A DNA stretch of 64,000 bases from NCBI GenBank assembly GCA_963764725.1, contig CAVXTM010000012.1, forward strand, positions 96,001-160,000, written 5' to 3'. Both the position numbers and the translations under genes were made by a program. How positions within the stretch are numbered: the stretch's first letter is position 1; each line of letters starts with the position of its first letter. The notes under the pieces were generated by a model. It was given only the letters and a program-made list of their open reading frames with translations. It made no database searches and was not told the origin of the DNA. Positions 51,954 through 61,274 of the stretch are shown piece by piece. This stretch comes from an uncultured Gammaproteobacteria bacterium. GTDB lineage: Bacteria; Pseudomonadota; Gammaproteobacteria; JACCXJ01.

Positions 51954-52907
51954 GTGAAGCTCATCGTATCTAGCTTAGAGAGCTTGAGGACATATGTCAG
52001 CCGCGAGTTCTACTTCATCATGAGAGATCTTATCTCAACTCATGGGTGGCGGCACATCGAAATGTGTAAATTGTGGAAGGGTGCGGGGAACATAAGGGAC
52101 AAGCTCATCGACGAGTTCGGGGAACTACCGGCAAGCATCTTATTCTGGGAGGGCTACGAGTTGCTGTCTGCACGTGCGATAGAAATTTATCGCCTGGATT
52201 GTCATAAAGTCATTCTGGCCGATGATCTACACTGTTTTAATGATCAGTTGAGACAAAGAAAGTTAATAAGCTTCGCCTTATGTGAGACGATTCTGTCTAC
52301 CTATGGGTATATTTGGAGTGAGTTTTACCCCGAATTCCGCGGCGTGAAGAAAGTAGTATGGGTCCCGCACTCAGCCTCTCCGGATTTTCTGCTTCGCTAT
52401 AATCAACATCCTGAAAACTCGATTTTTCTTAGTGGCGCCATGACTGTTCATTACCCTCTGCGCAGGGAAATGAAGATTTTACAGGAACACAGCTCCTACT
52501 CTATAGCCTACCATTGCCATCCGGGATATTACTGCGGCTACGACTACGAAAAAAATGAGGATATAGGCCGCGGCTATGCCGAAAAGATAAACAGGCACCG
52601 GACGGGTTTTACCGACAGCCTGATATACAAATATGTGGTGGCCAAATACTTTGAAATCCCGGCGACGGGAGCACTTTTGTTTGCCGATGATGCGGTGAGT
52701 GGGCCGTTGAAGAAACTCGGGTTTATCGAGAACAGGCATTACCTTCCTGTGTCAAAAGAGAATCTGGAAGAAAGAGTTCAGTATATTCTGGACAAAAGGA
52801 ATCACGAAGAATTGGATGAGATTAGGAGAAGAGGACAAGAGCTGGTCTGGGAGAGGCATAAGACTAGTGACCGGGCAAGACAGATAGATGAGGAATGCAG
52901 CGTCTGA
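51954..52907 (+). CDS. GT-B glycosyltransferase (CgeB/Glyco_trans_1_2-like)
   Basis: VAKYFEIPATGALL, GFIENRHY, IRRRGQELV..RH. Confidence 0.75.
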   Translation: MKLIVSSLESLRTYVSREFYFIMRDLISTHGWRHIEMCKLWKGAGNIRDKLIDEFGELPASILFWEGYELLSARAIEIYRLDCHKVILADDLHCFNDQLRQRKLISFALCETILSTYGYIWSEFYPEFRGVKKVVWVPHSASPDFLLRYNQHPENSIFLSGAMTVHYPLRREMKILQEHSSYSIAYHCHPGYYCGYDYEKNEDIGRGYAEKINRHRTGFTDSLIYKYVVAKYFEIPATGALLFADDAVSGPLKKLGFIENRHYLPVSKENLEERVQYILDKRNHEELDEIRRRGQELVWERHKTSDRARQIDEECSV

Positions 52908-53000
52908 AAGAATGGCACAAGTCTCATCGATCAGTTGGCACGGGCAATGACGGTCGTGATGCTCATCTGGAAGGAGAGACAAGGCGCATTAGTGTTTGCT

Positions 53001-53402
53001 TCAGTCAGCCGGATAGGCGGCGACAACTTCGAGCATGACCAGCGCTCCCGCCGGAAGCGACGCCGCTGCGAACGCCGTGCGCGCCGGTAACGCTGTGACA
53101 CCGAGACCGGGAAGCCAAGCGGCGTAGATCACATCTACGGCTTTGAAATCCTTGATGTCCGCGAGCAGCAGCGTGGACTTGACGATATCCGCAGGAGAGC
53201 ATCCTGCCGCATTCAGAATCGCTTCGATATTCGACAGCATCTGCCTGGTTTGAGCCTCAAGGCCCTCCTCCAGCTTGCCGGTTTCGGCGTTTCGGCCTGT
53301 CTGGGCAGTCACGAATACTAGATCACCTGTGCGAATGGCTTGCGAGTAGGTGCCGGTGGCGGGGGCGGCTGCGTTCGTGGCGATGCGAATCTTGTTGACC
53401 AT
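53001..53402 (-). CDS. RidA/YjgF family protein
   Basis: YSQAIR, QTRQML.NI.AIL, PARTA, LPAGALV. Confidence 0.9.
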   Translation of the reverse strand: MVNKIRIATNAAAPATGTYSQAIRTGDLVFVTAQTGRNAETGKLEEGLEAQTRQMLSNIEAILNAAGCSPADIVKSTLLLADIKDFKAVDVIYAAWLPGLGVTALPARTAFAAASLPAGALVMLEVVAAYPAD

Positions 53403-53446
53403 CTGAGGTGCTCCTTCGCTGAAGGGAGTAAGCGAACCTAGGCGTC

Positions 53447-54217
53447 CTATTTATCCGTCCGCTCAGCTCTGAGCGGGATTTCGAATTTGACCTTTACAGG
53501 CCCCCCACCGAGCGGTGCCAGATCGAGGAGTTGCGGCTGCTCGGGATGGATGATTTGCAGCAAGACCACGTTGGTGGGATCCGCGAACTCCAAGTCGAAA
53601 TAGTGGAATTGCGTGATGTTCGATGCATATATCCAGAGGTTGTTCTGGTCGCGTATCCACTGGCTGAAGCTCTCGCTCTCCATGGGTTCCGTACGGATGT
53701 CAAGAGGAACTTCGGACAAGAGTTGTTTGGTCAAGTCGAAGTTCTCAAAAGCATACTGCCAGCTTTGCTCGTAGGGACGTTTGGTAGAACCGCGTGAGCG
53801 GGGCAGACATCCCTTTTGCTTAAGACGGATGTTCTCTCGCACGAATTTTTCTTCCTCGGTCTCGGCATCGTAGTCCCCGGCTGTGAGCCGGCCGAGAAAG
53901 TGCTCGACGTCCCGACTTGTCGTAAACACGCGGTGAACAATGCGAAAATACGTGATTGCGGTGGGATTGATGTCGAAGATCGTCATCCGCTTGGGCCGCC
54001 AGAGCGGAATGAGGTTGAGACCGTACAGACCGCCCACAACACTAATCATATGAATATTCTCACGCCTCTCTGGGGCCACACTCTCGTAGTGCGCGCGGAA
54101 CTCCGAAAACTCACCGAATGATCCATCCTGATACCCGTCATCGGTGCCGTAGAACACGTTCTCCGGGTGGTCGTGGTACATTTCCCGGTTGAAGGCTCTG
54201 GGTGCTTTTGATGTCAC
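53447..54217 (-). CDS. SAM-binding hypothetical protein (BtaA/DUF3419-like N-terminal motif)
   Basis: ISVVGGLYGLNL....PKRMTIFDINP resembles Rossmann SAM motifs I-II. Confidence 0.55.
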   Translation of the reverse strand: MTSKAPRAFNREMYHDHPENVFYGTDDGYQDGSFGEFSEFRAHYESVAPERRENIHMISVVGGLYGLNLIPLWRPKRMTIFDINPTAITYFRIVHRVFTTSRDVEHFLGRLTAGDYDAETEEEKFVRENIRLKQKGCLPRSRGSTKRPYEQSWQYAFENFDLTKQLLSEVPLDIRTEPMESESFSQWIRDQNNLWIYASNITQFHYFDLEFADPTNVVLLQIIHPEQPQLLDLAPLGGGPVKVKFEIPLRAERTDK

Positions 54218-54312
54218 GGTTACTCCCTCTTTATCTTTGGTGTTTGCGAGCGAAGATTGTCGAGTCTAATGACGAGTTGCATCACGCGTCGTTGAGACTT
54301 GGCAGAGAATCA

Positions 54313-54396
54313 TCATCCCAGGCCGGTTTGTTGAGTTGTTTGTCGAAGGACTGCAGCCTTCGGAAGCATCCAGTGGAAACTAAGATTCATGTCCAT
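54313..54396 (-). other. 27-codon ORF duplicating the N-terminus of the adjacent LLM monooxygenase
   Basis: MDMNLSFHWMLPKAAVLRQTTQQTGLG* versus LLM start MNLRFHWMLPKGG. Confidence 0.55.
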
Positions 54397-54478
54397 TTCT
54401 ATCCAGCTTCTCTCTTCAAGTCACGCCAGAGATTGAACAATGCGTGTATCCTGCGGAAAAGTCTATGCAGAATTCGTC

Positions 54479-55564
54479 TTACGCTCGACGCTCGGCCTCT
54501 CTGACGAGCGGGAGAACCTCCTGGCCGAAAATATCCACCTCATCGACCTCGGGCCAGCCCGAAATGATGAACTCGCTGACGCCGACCTGCTTGTATGCGA
54601 GAAAGGCCTCGGCAAGCTCCTTCGGCGTCCCCAAAAGGGTCGTCCAGACGGGGCCGTAGTGCGGCACCAACCCGGCCCACAGGGAATGGTTCAGCCAGTG
54701 CGCGTCGCTCGTCACGCCGACACCTTCCCTGTACATTTGGGAATCGTCTTTGAGGCGCGTGGTGCTTTCCTGTTTGTCCTTCGGCAGCAGAGACTCGGCG
54801 ACGCTGACTGCTTCCTCCCGCGTCGGCCTGCATATCAGGCCCAGCCTCAGACAGACCGCGATCCCACGTTCTCGAACACGCGCCACCAGGGGTTGAAGCT
54901 TTTCGGGAGAGTCAATCACGCGCAACCAGCACGTACCCTGTGAGTAAGCCAATTGCTCAGACGCCTCGGAGTGACCGGAGATATAGATTTCGGGAGCGTT
55001 TCTATCCGGGGCGAGAAAAGGCGTGTGGAGCTTTCCATGCTCGACTCGATAGTGTTTGCCGTCGAAGTCAACCTCACCATCACTGCGCCAGAAGGAATGA
55101 CAGACCGCTAAAAACTCCTCGGCCCGCGCGTACCTGTCATCGTGCGCGAGAAAGTCACCGTAGCCACGTTGCTCTAATGTTGAGCTGCCCGCGACGATGT
55201 TCAAGGCAACGCGCCCATGGATCAGTGCGGAGAGGGTGTTGATCTGCTGGACGAAAGTCGTTGGCTGCATCAGACCAGAGCGGTAGGCGATAATGTACTT
55301 GAGCTTCTTCGTGGCTCCGCCGAGCGCGCAGCTCACGAGAATGGGGTCTGGCTCGTAGCGGCTGAACGAGATCAGGACCGACTCGATTCCTGCTTCCTCC
55401 GCGTGGCGGGCGAAGTGTACCCACCCATCCATGTCCGGCCGAGGTGCCAGCGAGGTGCTGCTAGTCGATTCGATTCGATAACGGGTGGCCTCCTGAGGTG
55501 TCTGGGGCGCGTCAACGGCTACCTCTCCACCCTTAGGAAGCATCCAGTGGAATCTCAGATTCAT
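54479..55564 (-). CDS. LLM-class flavin-dependent monooxygenase (SsuD-like)
   Basis: AEEAG, GRVALNIVAG, HDDRYARAEEFL, PEIYISGHSEA, EFIISGWP. Confidence 0.9.
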   Translation of the reverse strand: MNLRFHWMLPKGGEVAVDAPQTPQEATRYRIESTSSTSLAPRPDMDGWVHFARHAEEAGIESVLISFSRYEPDPILVSCALGGATKKLKYIIAYRSGLMQPTTFVQQINTLSALIHGRVALNIVAGSSTLEQRGYGDFLAHDDRYARAEEFLAVCHSFWRSDGEVDFDGKHYRVEHGKLHTPFLAPDRNAPEIYISGHSEASEQLAYSQGTCWLRVIDSPEKLQPLVARVRERGIAVCLRLGLICRPTREEAVSVAESLLPKDKQESTTRLKDDSQMYREGVGVTSDAHWLNHSLWAGLVPHYGPVWTTLLGTPKELAEAFLAYKQVGVSEFIISGWPEVDEVDIFGQEVLPLVREAERRA

Positions 55565-55592
55565 AGTTTATCCTGAGGTCGCACTCGGAACA

Positions 55593-56393
55593 CTACTTGG
55601 TATTTCTTAGAATACAGCAGTGTTGCCATTCAGGGCTGACGGGTGGATGCACTGTTGCATCCGGGAAGAGCGACGCCATGTAGTCGACAGTAAAGAACGA
55701 GCAGTAGGATTCGAGAGGTTTGCCAACACGGGTCTGATGGCAAAGCTCGTCCCCGGGTTCCACGTAGAGATCGTCGTCGATGAGAATACACCATTGCACC
55801 CGCTCGAGGATTTCATCGGTGCCACAAGACTTCAAGTGAAGTCGCACAGCAGAGCCTGAAGGTAGTGTGGGATCGGACAGGGACCTGTCATAATGCGGAT
55901 CGGAAAAGGTAAACGCCAGAACACCCTCGGGAGCCAGCATGCTTCGCAGCGACTCGACCAGCTCAAGCATCTCGCTCCGGTCGGTGTGAGTAAATACGGA
56001 GAAAGCCAGGATGATGTCGAACTTCACCCCACAGTCCGGGACGGGCAGATGGCAAACCCCGTTCGGATTGTACTGTGAGCTATAGCGGTTATAGTGTACG
56101 AAATGAGCCCGCGGGTAAGTGCGGCGCCCTTGCTCGACTACATCCAGGTTCAGATCTATGCACCAATAGTCATTGTGGTCAACGTGGTTACCTGCACCTA
56201 CCAAAAACGTGCCGACATTGCCGCCAAAGTCCAGAAGTTTTCGACCCTTCCATCTCGGGCGTTCAAGCCGTTGGTCGAAGTAGGAGAATTGCGTAGACCG
56301 GGTGGAGACAAGGTTCCACGCGAACGACCGCCCCTCCACGAAGAGAGATCCCGCACCGGGAACAAACAGCGCTTCGTCGGCAAGTGACATCAT
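55593..56393 (-). CDS. class I SAM-dependent methyltransferase
   Basis: LLDFGGNVG, FDIILAFSVFTH, LAPEGVLAFTF. Confidence 0.85.
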   Translation of the reverse strand: MMSLADEALFVPGAGSLFVEGRSFAWNLVSTRSTQFSYFDQRLERPRWKGRKLLDFGGNVGTFLVGAGNHVDHNDYWCIDLNLDVVEQGRRTYPRAHFVHYNRYSSQYNPNGVCHLPVPDCGVKFDIILAFSVFTHTDRSEMLELVESLRSMLAPEGVLAFTFSDPHYDRSLSDPTLPSGSAVRLHLKSCGTDEILERVQWCILIDDDLYVEPGDELCHQTRVGKPLESYCSFFTVDYMASLFPDATVHPPVSPEWQHCCILRNTK

Positions 56394-56402
56394 TCACCCC
56401 CT

Positions 56403-57248
56403 TCAAACCTCGACGGTCCACGGTACTGGTTCCGGAAGGACACCATGACGTTTGGCCCAGCGTTGTAATGCCCAGGCTTGGGTGTCAACGTCCCGATATT
56501 CGCCCAGCAATTGACGCGTAATCGGATCAGTCTTCGCCAGATGCCGCTTATCCGGTACTTCGAGGTAGACCTCGGTCTTCATCCAGCGGTACGAATAGCC
56601 GTACATCAGCACCTTTGATATGCGATTGCTCCGATTGGGAGTAGCGGTATGAAAGATACGGTTCTCGAAGAGGAAGGCATCACCAGCATTCAATGTGAGA
56701 TCGCATACCTCCACGTCCGCTGGGTCGACCTGGCCCTTCGGAAGAGCCAGTGGCTTGGTTCTGAGATGAGTACCACGCGCCAATAACGTCATGCCGCTGT
56801 TGGGCTGGTGAAAATCCGTCAGACAGTAGCAGATCTTGATACCTACCAGCGGCAGAGATTCATGGCCCAGGTCACGCGGAATCCGAATATCTCGATGCCA
56901 TCCGCGTCTAAAGGTTGGCGCATTCGGGCATTCCGGTCTCTTATAGATGAGTGTGTGCGAATGCAGGTGAATATTGGGGCTGAGCAACTGGACGACGAGC
57001 GGGACGGTAGAACTATTGGCGACCAGAGCGAAGAGTGCTTTTTCTCTGAGTAAGCCTGGTCGTAAGTCCAGATGGTTATACTCCGGCCGTCCGGTCATTT
57101 CGGGTTTTTTAAGCAACGGTTCCGCCAGACGGTCGCTCGCCTCGACGAGACGGTCTACCGTTACTGCCGATAGAGCATCACGCACTACTAAAAAGCCGTC
57201 TTCGGCAAAGGATTGTCGCTGCTCCGGTTTGAGATGAACGAAATCCAA
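56403..57248 (-). CDS. phytanoyl-CoA dioxygenase (PhyH) family Fe/2OG enzyme
   Basis: FAEDGFLVV, WHRD, GTH, AGDAFLFENRIFH. Confidence 0.88.
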   Translation of the reverse strand: MDFVHLKPEQRQSFAEDGFLVVRDALSAVTVDRLVEASDRLAEPLLKKPEMTGRPEYNHLDLRPGLLREKALFALVANSSTVPLVVQLLSPNIHLHSHTLIYKRPECPNAPTFRRGWHRDIRIPRDLGHESLPLVGIKICYCLTDFHQPNSGMTLLARGTHLRTKPLALPKGQVDPADVEVCDLTLNAGDAFLFENRIFHTATPNRSNRISKVLMYGYSYRWMKTEVYLEVPDKRHLAKTDPITRQLLGEYRDVDTQAWALQRWAKRHGVLPEPVPWTVEV

Positions 57249-57293
57249 TGGCGCTATCCCCTTTCCGACGTCAGATAATCTCCGTTTCCTAGC

Positions 57294-58061
57294 TCATAAC
57301 TTTCTAATGACACAACAATGTTGCATCTCGTTGTTGACAGGAGGCAGAACAGTAGCATGTGGAAACAATATCTTCATATATTTTTCGGTGTAAAAGGCAT
57401 GACATGTTTTCTGTCGTTCCGGTTCATAAGGTTGAATATCCTCAGTTTCGATATACAAATCGTCCCCATTCACGAGCATGAGCCAATCGGCATGTTGTGC
57501 TCTTCGAATCAGGTTCGGCATGTCAATATTTAAGGTAGTGCCTCTTTCTCTTGCCAATTGCTTTTCTCGCTCCAATCGCCACTCAAAGTTATTTCCGTGA
57601 TACTGCCCCGGCCAAGAAAAATAATGTGGATCTATGAATGTAAAGGCTAACGCACCATTGTTAGCTAAGAGACCTTCTAATTGGTTGACCAACTGAAGCA
57701 TGTCGGTCTGTGTTGTATTCGTAAAGACGGAATAAGCAACGATATAATTAAATGTCTGGTCCAGAGCAGGAAGTGTTAGATTTGGAACTCCGTGCGGGTT
57801 GAAGAAGAAGCAGTAGCGATTGTAAAAAACCCAGTGCGACTTCGGGTAGAATGCCCGACCCCGCTCCAATGTGTCCCTGTCGACATCGATGCACCAGTAA
57901 TGCTCTTGCTCGATGGTTGAATTCGGATCTCTTAAGAGGTTGCCGATGTTCCCTCCGAAATCCAGTACCTTCTTCCCTCGCCACACCGATTCGCCCACTT
58001 GTAGGGAGAAATAAGTAAACTGCCCCGTTTTCGTTGAGACGAAAGCCACGGTTATCCTCAA
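57294..58061 (-). CDS. class I SAM-dependent methyltransferase (paralog of 55593-56393)
   Basis: VLDFGGNIG, AYSVFT, GALAFTF, QHCCVIR. Confidence 0.83.
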   Translation of the reverse strand: MRITVAFVSTKTGQFTYFSLQVGESVWRGKKVLDFGGNIGNLLRDPNSTIEQEHYWCIDVDRDTLERGRAFYPKSHWVFYNRYCFFFNPHGVPNLTLPALDQTFNYIVAYSVFTNTTQTDMLQLVNQLEGLLANNGALAFTFIDPHYFSWPGQYHGNNFEWRLEREKQLARERGTTLNIDMPNLIRRAQHADWLMLVNGDDLYIETEDIQPYEPERQKTCHAFYTEKYMKILFPHATVLPPVNNEMQHCCVIRKL

Positions 58062-58191
58062 GCCGGGTTGTTTCAGCGCGTACTAGGAAGCGGTTTCAGT
58101 AAACTTCTGGCGATTGCCTTGAGGAAGGCGCACTGAATGAGTCCAACCCCCTATGAATGCTTCAAGAAAATCTGGTGAACCCAGTCAAGGC

Positions 58192-58677
58192 TCAATCCCG
58201 ACGGTAAAAGAACTCGCGATTAAGGTAGTTTGATCTCCCGCTGTCGTCCTGGAACGTAACGAACAGCACGATCACCAGCACACCCTTGTTGACACGAAAA
58301 TAAGTCTCCGCTCTCATGAAGCCCAAGTCGAAATCAGCAGCCAGAGCTACCGCCCGCTGTCCTGCTTCTTCCTCCAGATTCGCCAGCGCCGTCGCCCGGC
58401 TCCTCGGCCAATCAATCGGACCGTCGGCTCCCACCCCCTGGACGCCGACGTTGAAGTGTCCGTCGTTCCGTTCGATAACAATTGCCGCTATGCCTCGCGT
58501 GTCTGGGTCTGTATTCACCCATCGACCAATGAGCTTGTCGGCGCTCAATCTTCTGGTCGCCGGATCCGAGAGCGCGGGGTCCAAATCACCGCTCTGTTTG
58601 AACTCAAAGGTCTCGGTCACGATTGAACTCTCAATCAGTTCGATCAGAGCTTCCGTTAAGAAGCGTGTAAATCCCAC
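58192..58677 (-). CDS. hypothetical beta-rich protein (paralog B); true start may be GTG 58620
   Basis: GRWVNTDPDTRGI...IDW...FDLGF...KGVLV...DDSGRSNY..REFF. Confidence 0.7.
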   Translation of the reverse strand: MGFTRFLTEALIELIESSIVTETFEFKQSGDLDPALSDPATRRLSADKLIGRWVNTDPDTRGIAAIVIERNDGHFNVGVQGVGADGPIDWPRSRATALANLEEEAGQRAVALAADFDLGFMRAETYFRVNKGVLVIVLFVTFQDDSGRSNYLNREFFYRRD

Positions 58678-58723
58678 CTCCCATTATCATGGCGTCAAAG
58701 CATTCTCGATAGGATAATGATTT

Positions 58724-59605
58724 ATGAAACAGATACTAAAATATTATTATTTGTATTTCAGTACGTTATCTCAAAGGAGCCATTTTCACAAAGTGAAGAT
58801 TAAGAGCCTTAATGAAACTATTGACGATATATTGATGCATAAGAAAAGCATCAGCCGCTATGGTGATGGCGAATTGAAAATGATGCTCAATAAAGGAAAA
58901 ATTGTCTTCCAGTCGGAAAGCCCAGAATTGTCCAAAAGGCTTAAGGAAGTTCTCAGCTCCGATTTGGACAATCTTATCATCGGGCTTCCCGGGCCGTTAT
59001 GTTCTGTAAAAAAAGAAAACCTGAACTCAAAGTATTTCTGGATTGGGTTTATCAATTTGTATGGCAATTTGATCTCCGAATATTTAGACCCGAAAAAAGT
59101 GTATGGAAATGCAGGAATTTCCCGCTTTTATATGGGTTTAAAAGATAAAAGGTTATCCCTGCAAGTCCTGGAAAAGCTAACGAAGATATGGGACAAGAGA
59201 GAAATATTGATTATAGAGGGCGAATTGTCAAGAATGGGTGTAGGCAATGATTTGTTTGAAAATGCAGCCGGCCTGAGCCGGATGGTTTGCCCGGCTGAAA
59301 ATGCATTCGAAAAATATCATGAAATTTTGGAGGCTTCCAAAAAACACGGAAAAGATAAACTGATACTCATTTCATTAGGGCCAACGGCCACCATTTTAAG
59401 TTATGACCTGGCAAAAAGCGGATATTGGGCAATAGACGTCGGGCATATTGATGTGGAATATATGTGGATGCTCAGCAAAGCACAAACGAAAATCCCAATA
59501 AAAGGCAGGTATGTCAGCGAAGTCAGAGGTGAAAAAGATTATGAAATTCCTGAAGCATACCGGGATTATTATTACAATAGCATAGTTGATACGATAGGCC
59601 TGTGA
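58724..59605 (+). CDS. GT-D fold (DUF1792 / SP_1767-like) glycosyltransferase, AT-rich
   Basis: SISRYGDGE, GVGNDLF, LGPTATILSYDL, AIDVGHIDVEY. Confidence 0.9.
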   Translation: MKQILKYYYLYFSTLSQRSHFHKVKIKSLNETIDDILMHKKSISRYGDGELKMMLNKGKIVFQSESPELSKRLKEVLSSDLDNLIIGLPGPLCSVKKENLNSKYFWIGFINLYGNLISEYLDPKKVYGNAGISRFYMGLKDKRLSLQVLEKLTKIWDKREILIIEGELSRMGVGNDLFENAAGLSRMVCPAENAFEKYHEILEASKKHGKDKLILISLGPTATILSYDLAKSGYWAIDVGHIDVEYMWMLSKAQTKIPIKGRYVSEVRGEKDYEIPEAYRDYYYNSIVDTIGL

Positions 59606-59628
59606 AGGGATAAGTTTCGCTCACAGCA

Positions 59629-60058
59629 TTATGTGGTGTGAATTCCATTGTATTGCTCGTGGGCCAGGGCAAAGTACTCACGCACAAAATAGTCCGCGCG
59701 GCGGCTCTTATCCTTGAAGCTGTGCAATTGGGCGAGTACCAGCAGCCCCTTCATGATCATCCCTTGGAGCCGTGTTTCCACGAAGCCGAAGTCGTAGACG
59801 CAGGTAAAACCTGCAGCTACGCGCGACGATGGCGTCGATGCAAAGACGTTGGCGGTCAGCCGTTCCCCAGTCGATCAAACGGTCTGGGCCAATGGCGTAT
59901 GTCTGCAGCGATAGATTGCCAAGGGATTCGGACATCACGATCCGGGCGATGCCATTCGTATCGGGATTTGAATTAATCCAGGTCCCAGGGAACGCCCGAA
60001 TATCGATCGGCCCAGCCGCATCGACATTTACACGATCACAAATTTGGGCGAATTGCAT
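59629..60058 (-). pseudogene. hypothetical beta-rich protein (paralog A), frameshift near 59855
   Basis: GTWINSNPDTNGI...IDWG, then in the next frame YDFGFVETRLQG..MKGLLV...DKSRRADYFVREYF. Confidence 0.7.
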
Positions 60059-60070
60059 TCGCTGCCCCGT

Positions 60071-61000
60071 TCAAGAAGTTCTGATCCAACTGCGAATCAT
60101 CAAGCGATCGGAAGCGTCGCCTGCTGCAATCGGAGTGCGAGCATGAATCGTCCGCATGTTGTCCGAAAACAATAACTCGCCTTCCCGCATCAAGAAGTCG
60201 ATCGTGCGGGTGGAAGCAGCGATGACTTCTTCAAAGGCGTCCAGTGAAGTTAGCATTTCGTCAGAAAGCTTAGCACCGGTGAAATCCAGCGCTAGGTCAA
60301 TTGTGTATCGGCGCCAACAAATGGTGGATTCGGTCAGCACGGTCCGCCATTTCACTCCGCCTCCCCAACAGGCGGCCAACAGCCACGGTACCGGCTCGGT
60401 CTCCAGCAGTTCAAGGGTCTCGGTTCCCAGGCGGTTTTTCACTTCCTCGCGAACCGCGTCAACGTCAAGAACTCGTGACCGACCAGCGCCTCGCTGGTCC
60501 GCGCGGACGCACACCATAGAGATGAATTCGATCGGTGTTTCCCAATCCACGGCATCCGTATGCAATCTCTCAGCTTCACGGCCTCCTCGCAACGAACGTA
60601 TATCGGTTGCGGGCTGAATGTAGTGAACGAGTTGGGCCCGTGGCGCTTGGTACGGCAGAGCCACCAATTCCCCAAAGGCTCGGTTGATGGCAACGAACAA
60701 CCTGTTCCCTTGGTCGAAACGAAGACCCCGTAGTAACACGCAGTAGGGCCACTGCGCGATTCGCTCCCTGACCAGGCTGACAAGCCACTCAAAACCATCG
60801 GGACAAGTTTCACGAAAACGATCAAGTAAAAGGTTCTGCAAAGCAGGTGAGTAGAATTCTTTGTTATCGTAAAAAGGGAGGCGCTCGGCCTCCTCTAGTA
60901 GTTCGCGTGCCAGCACGGACGAAATGTCGATCCTTGCCGTGTCCGGAAACGGCTCGTATCTACTCCCTTGAGGTATTTGGCGCCTTGAAAACTCTTCCAC
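60071..61000 (-). CDS. TauD/TfdA family Fe/2OG dioxygenase
   Basis: LHTD, GELLFSDN..TIHAR, RLMIRSW. Confidence 0.85.
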   Translation of the reverse strand: MEEFSRRQIPQGSRYEPFPDTARIDISSVLARELLEEAERLPFYDNKEFYSPALQNLLLDRFRETCPDGFEWLVSLVRERIAQWPYCVLLRGLRFDQGNRLFVAINRAFGELVALPYQAPRAQLVHYIQPATDIRSLRGGREAERLHTDAVDWETPIEFISMVCVRADQRGAGRSRVLDVDAVREEVKNRLGTETLELLETEPVPWLLAACWGGGVKWRTVLTESTICWRRYTIDLALDFTGAKLSDEMLTSLDAFEEVIAASTRTIDFLMREGELLFSDNMRTIHARTPIAAGDASDRLMIRSWIRTS

Positions 61001-61109
61001 TTGTTACACTGCTTGCGGCCAGTCTAGGGCACAGTTTTTTGACGCTGCGATCTGCTCCTGGTCGTGAAAAGATTCAGAGCGAGTTCTAAATATCTCGACA
61101 CACAGATAC

Positions 61110-61239
61110 ATTGTCCCCTGATAATGCAGCAATGCTGCGTTTCACCGTTGACCAGAGGATGGATCGGCGCGCCCGGTTGGCAAATGGCCCAATTGAGAAC
61201 AAAGCGCCCGTTGCCCAGCTATAAATGAATCTCTTCCAT
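61110..61239 (-). pseudogene. relic of a third methyltransferase paralog (N- and C-termini only)
   Basis: RBS gaggt, MEEIHL*LGNGRFVLNW.. directly followed by PGAPIHPLVNGETQHCCIIR. Confidence 0.6.
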
Positions 61240-61274
61240 GATTCAACCTCATCGTGCGCGACTGCGTAATAGCG

